From an uncultured bacterium (GTDB taxonomy: Bacteria; Hydrogenedentota; Hydrogenedentia; Hydrogenedentales; JAEUWI01): a DNA stretch of 51,230 nucleotides. This document shows, in pieces, positions 49,936-51,230 of this stretch. The stretch covers positions 1-51,230 of the forward strand of contig CAXBPH010000006.1 of the NCBI GenBank assembly GCA_963977445.1. The letters run 5' to 3'. The notes under the pieces are model-generated. The model was not told the origin of the DNA. It was given only the letters and a program-made list of their open reading frames with translations, and searched no databases. Position 1 is the first letter of the stretch, and every line of letters begins with the position of its first letter. The translations under genes and the position numbers were made by a program.

Positions 49936-50170
49936 GCATCAACTCCATCTTGTTCGTCGTAGAGTACGCGCCCGGTACGGGGCGGCTGTCCGGCGTTGGA
50001 CATCCCCTTGAGTATGAAGACTGCCCGTCTGCCCATGCAACTCTACGCGTCATCGCCCTTTACCGAATCGGACCGTTAAGGTACACTAACAACACCGGGT
50101 GGGCCCGTCGGATAATCGACGTGACAGCGCTTACCCTTTAATCCGTCGGGGTCTTCCCGGGAGTGTCACC

Positions 50171-51070
50171 ATGAATAAACCCATTGTATTGCTCATACTC
50201 GGTGCCGTTGTTGGAATTGTTGCGGGCGCGGCCATCATGCACCAGTGGCTCATGCCCCAGTTGTGGGAGCGCGACGCCGAGCTGGCCCGGCTTGACCAGC
50301 ACCAGTCGGTGTCGGGTAGCCCGGGTAACGGGGAAGCCGCTCGTCTCGCCCGCCTCGAAGAAGAGCGGGTCGCTTATGAAGATAACCTCGCCAAATTACG
50401 GGCCGAAGTGGAAAGCCTCAAGCAGCGTTCGACGGTAGAGGCCGCTTCGCCGGAACTCGCTGTTGTCGAGGATCCCCTGACCGCCGCCGATGGAACAAAC
50501 GGGCCACCGCAAGCGGACAACGAAGGTGAACGCGATAATCGTCGTAGAGGTCGGGGCGGACCCTGGGGAGAAGGCACCCCCGAGGAGCAGGAAGCCCGCC
50601 GTCAGGAATTCCGGACCCGTATGCAGGACAACCTCACCAACTTCTTCACGGGAGAGCTGGAGAAGTCGAGTACTCCCGCCATGCAGGAACGCCTCGTGGC
50701 CCTGGAAGGCCAGGTCAACGATATGATGGAGTTGCGCCGTCAGATGCGGGAAGCAGAAACAGATGGGGACCGTAAGGCCCTCGGGGCGGCCTATGAGGAA
50801 AGTATGGTCGCGGCACAAGGCATTATGAAGGAACAACGTCGGGATATCATCGACACCCTCGCGACCCAGTTTAATATTACCAATAGCAAAGACCAGGCCG
50901 CATTCCGGCAGGCCGTTCAGGCCGCCGTAGAGAGCCCCTTCTTCGGCGACAACCCCTCCGCCCTCGTCTGGAACTCCGGTCGGGGCGGTGGCGGTGGTTT
51001 CGGCGGCGGTGGTGGTGGTGGCCGTCCCGGTGGCGGTGGTTTCGGTGGCGGCGGGCCTCCCGGACGCTAG
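50171..51070 (+). CDS. Hypothetical membrane-anchored coiled-coil protein with Gly-rich tail
   Basis: N-terminal hydrophobic helix, heptad-like region, RGRGG segment, GGGF/GGRP C-terminal repeats. Confidence 0.75.
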   Translation: MNKPIVLLILGAVVGIVAGAAIMHQWLMPQLWERDAELARLDQHQSVSGSPGNGEAARLARLEEERVAYEDNLAKLRAEVESLKQRSTVEAASPELAVVEDPLTAADGTNGPPQADNEGERDNRRRGRGGPWGEGTPEEQEARRQEFRTRMQDNLTNFFTGELEKSSTPAMQERLVALEGQVNDMMELRRQMREAETDGDRKALGAAYEESMVAAQGIMKEQRRDIIDTLATQFNITNSKDQAAFRQAVQAAVESPFFGDNPSALVWNSGRGGGGGFGGGGGGGRPGGGGFGGGGPPGR

Positions 51071-51230
51071 ATCAACGAAGATTCATCTCGGACAAATCCA
51101 GCTCGTTAGTTTCAGCAGTGCACACAAGTCAACGCACCGGCAGCTTGACGACTATCGCCTAAAAATAAGCCTTTGACAATTGGGAGCGCAGGCGGCCCGC
51201 CTGCCCGGGCCGAAGGCACGTTGCTTTTAC

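Overview
Bacterial chromosomal window from a moderately GC-rich, diderm, flagellated organism; the taxon cannot be fixed from this sequence. Most of it is housekeeping and envelope genes: fumC, metG, a TolC-family protein, rfbD/rfbB, LysM-M23, OmpA, PPi-dependent PEP carboxykinase, GH5, PBP1A, ppiD, two TrmH-family methylases, miaA, ppk1, wecA-degT-wbqC and truA. Near the end is a flagellin locus with three short flagellins and flaG. The most striking unexplained structure is non-coding: four homologous putative small-RNA genes, three in tandem at 43010-43688 and one on the minus strand at about 7334-7544. Each has a near-perfect sigma28/FliA promoter (TAAA-N15-GCCGATA[A/C]), a hairpin with UCCC in or at the loop, an anti-Shine-Dalgarno tract and a terminator-like hairpin. 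Three also carry CsrA-type ANGGA hairpins. The anti-SD tract of copy 1 matches the RBS/start of flagellin 2 (21/25 nt), copy 2 matches flagellin 3 (17/19 pairs including G:U), and copy 3 matches the flaG SD (8 nt). The flagellin leaders are themselves GGA-rich. This suggests a dual-function (CsrA sponge plus antisense) sRNA family tuning flagellin isoforms; that is an inference and is untested. The window also holds a dispersed palindromic MITE/REP-like family, a second REP-like pair, and an in-frame miniature paralog of a GYF-RDD gene.
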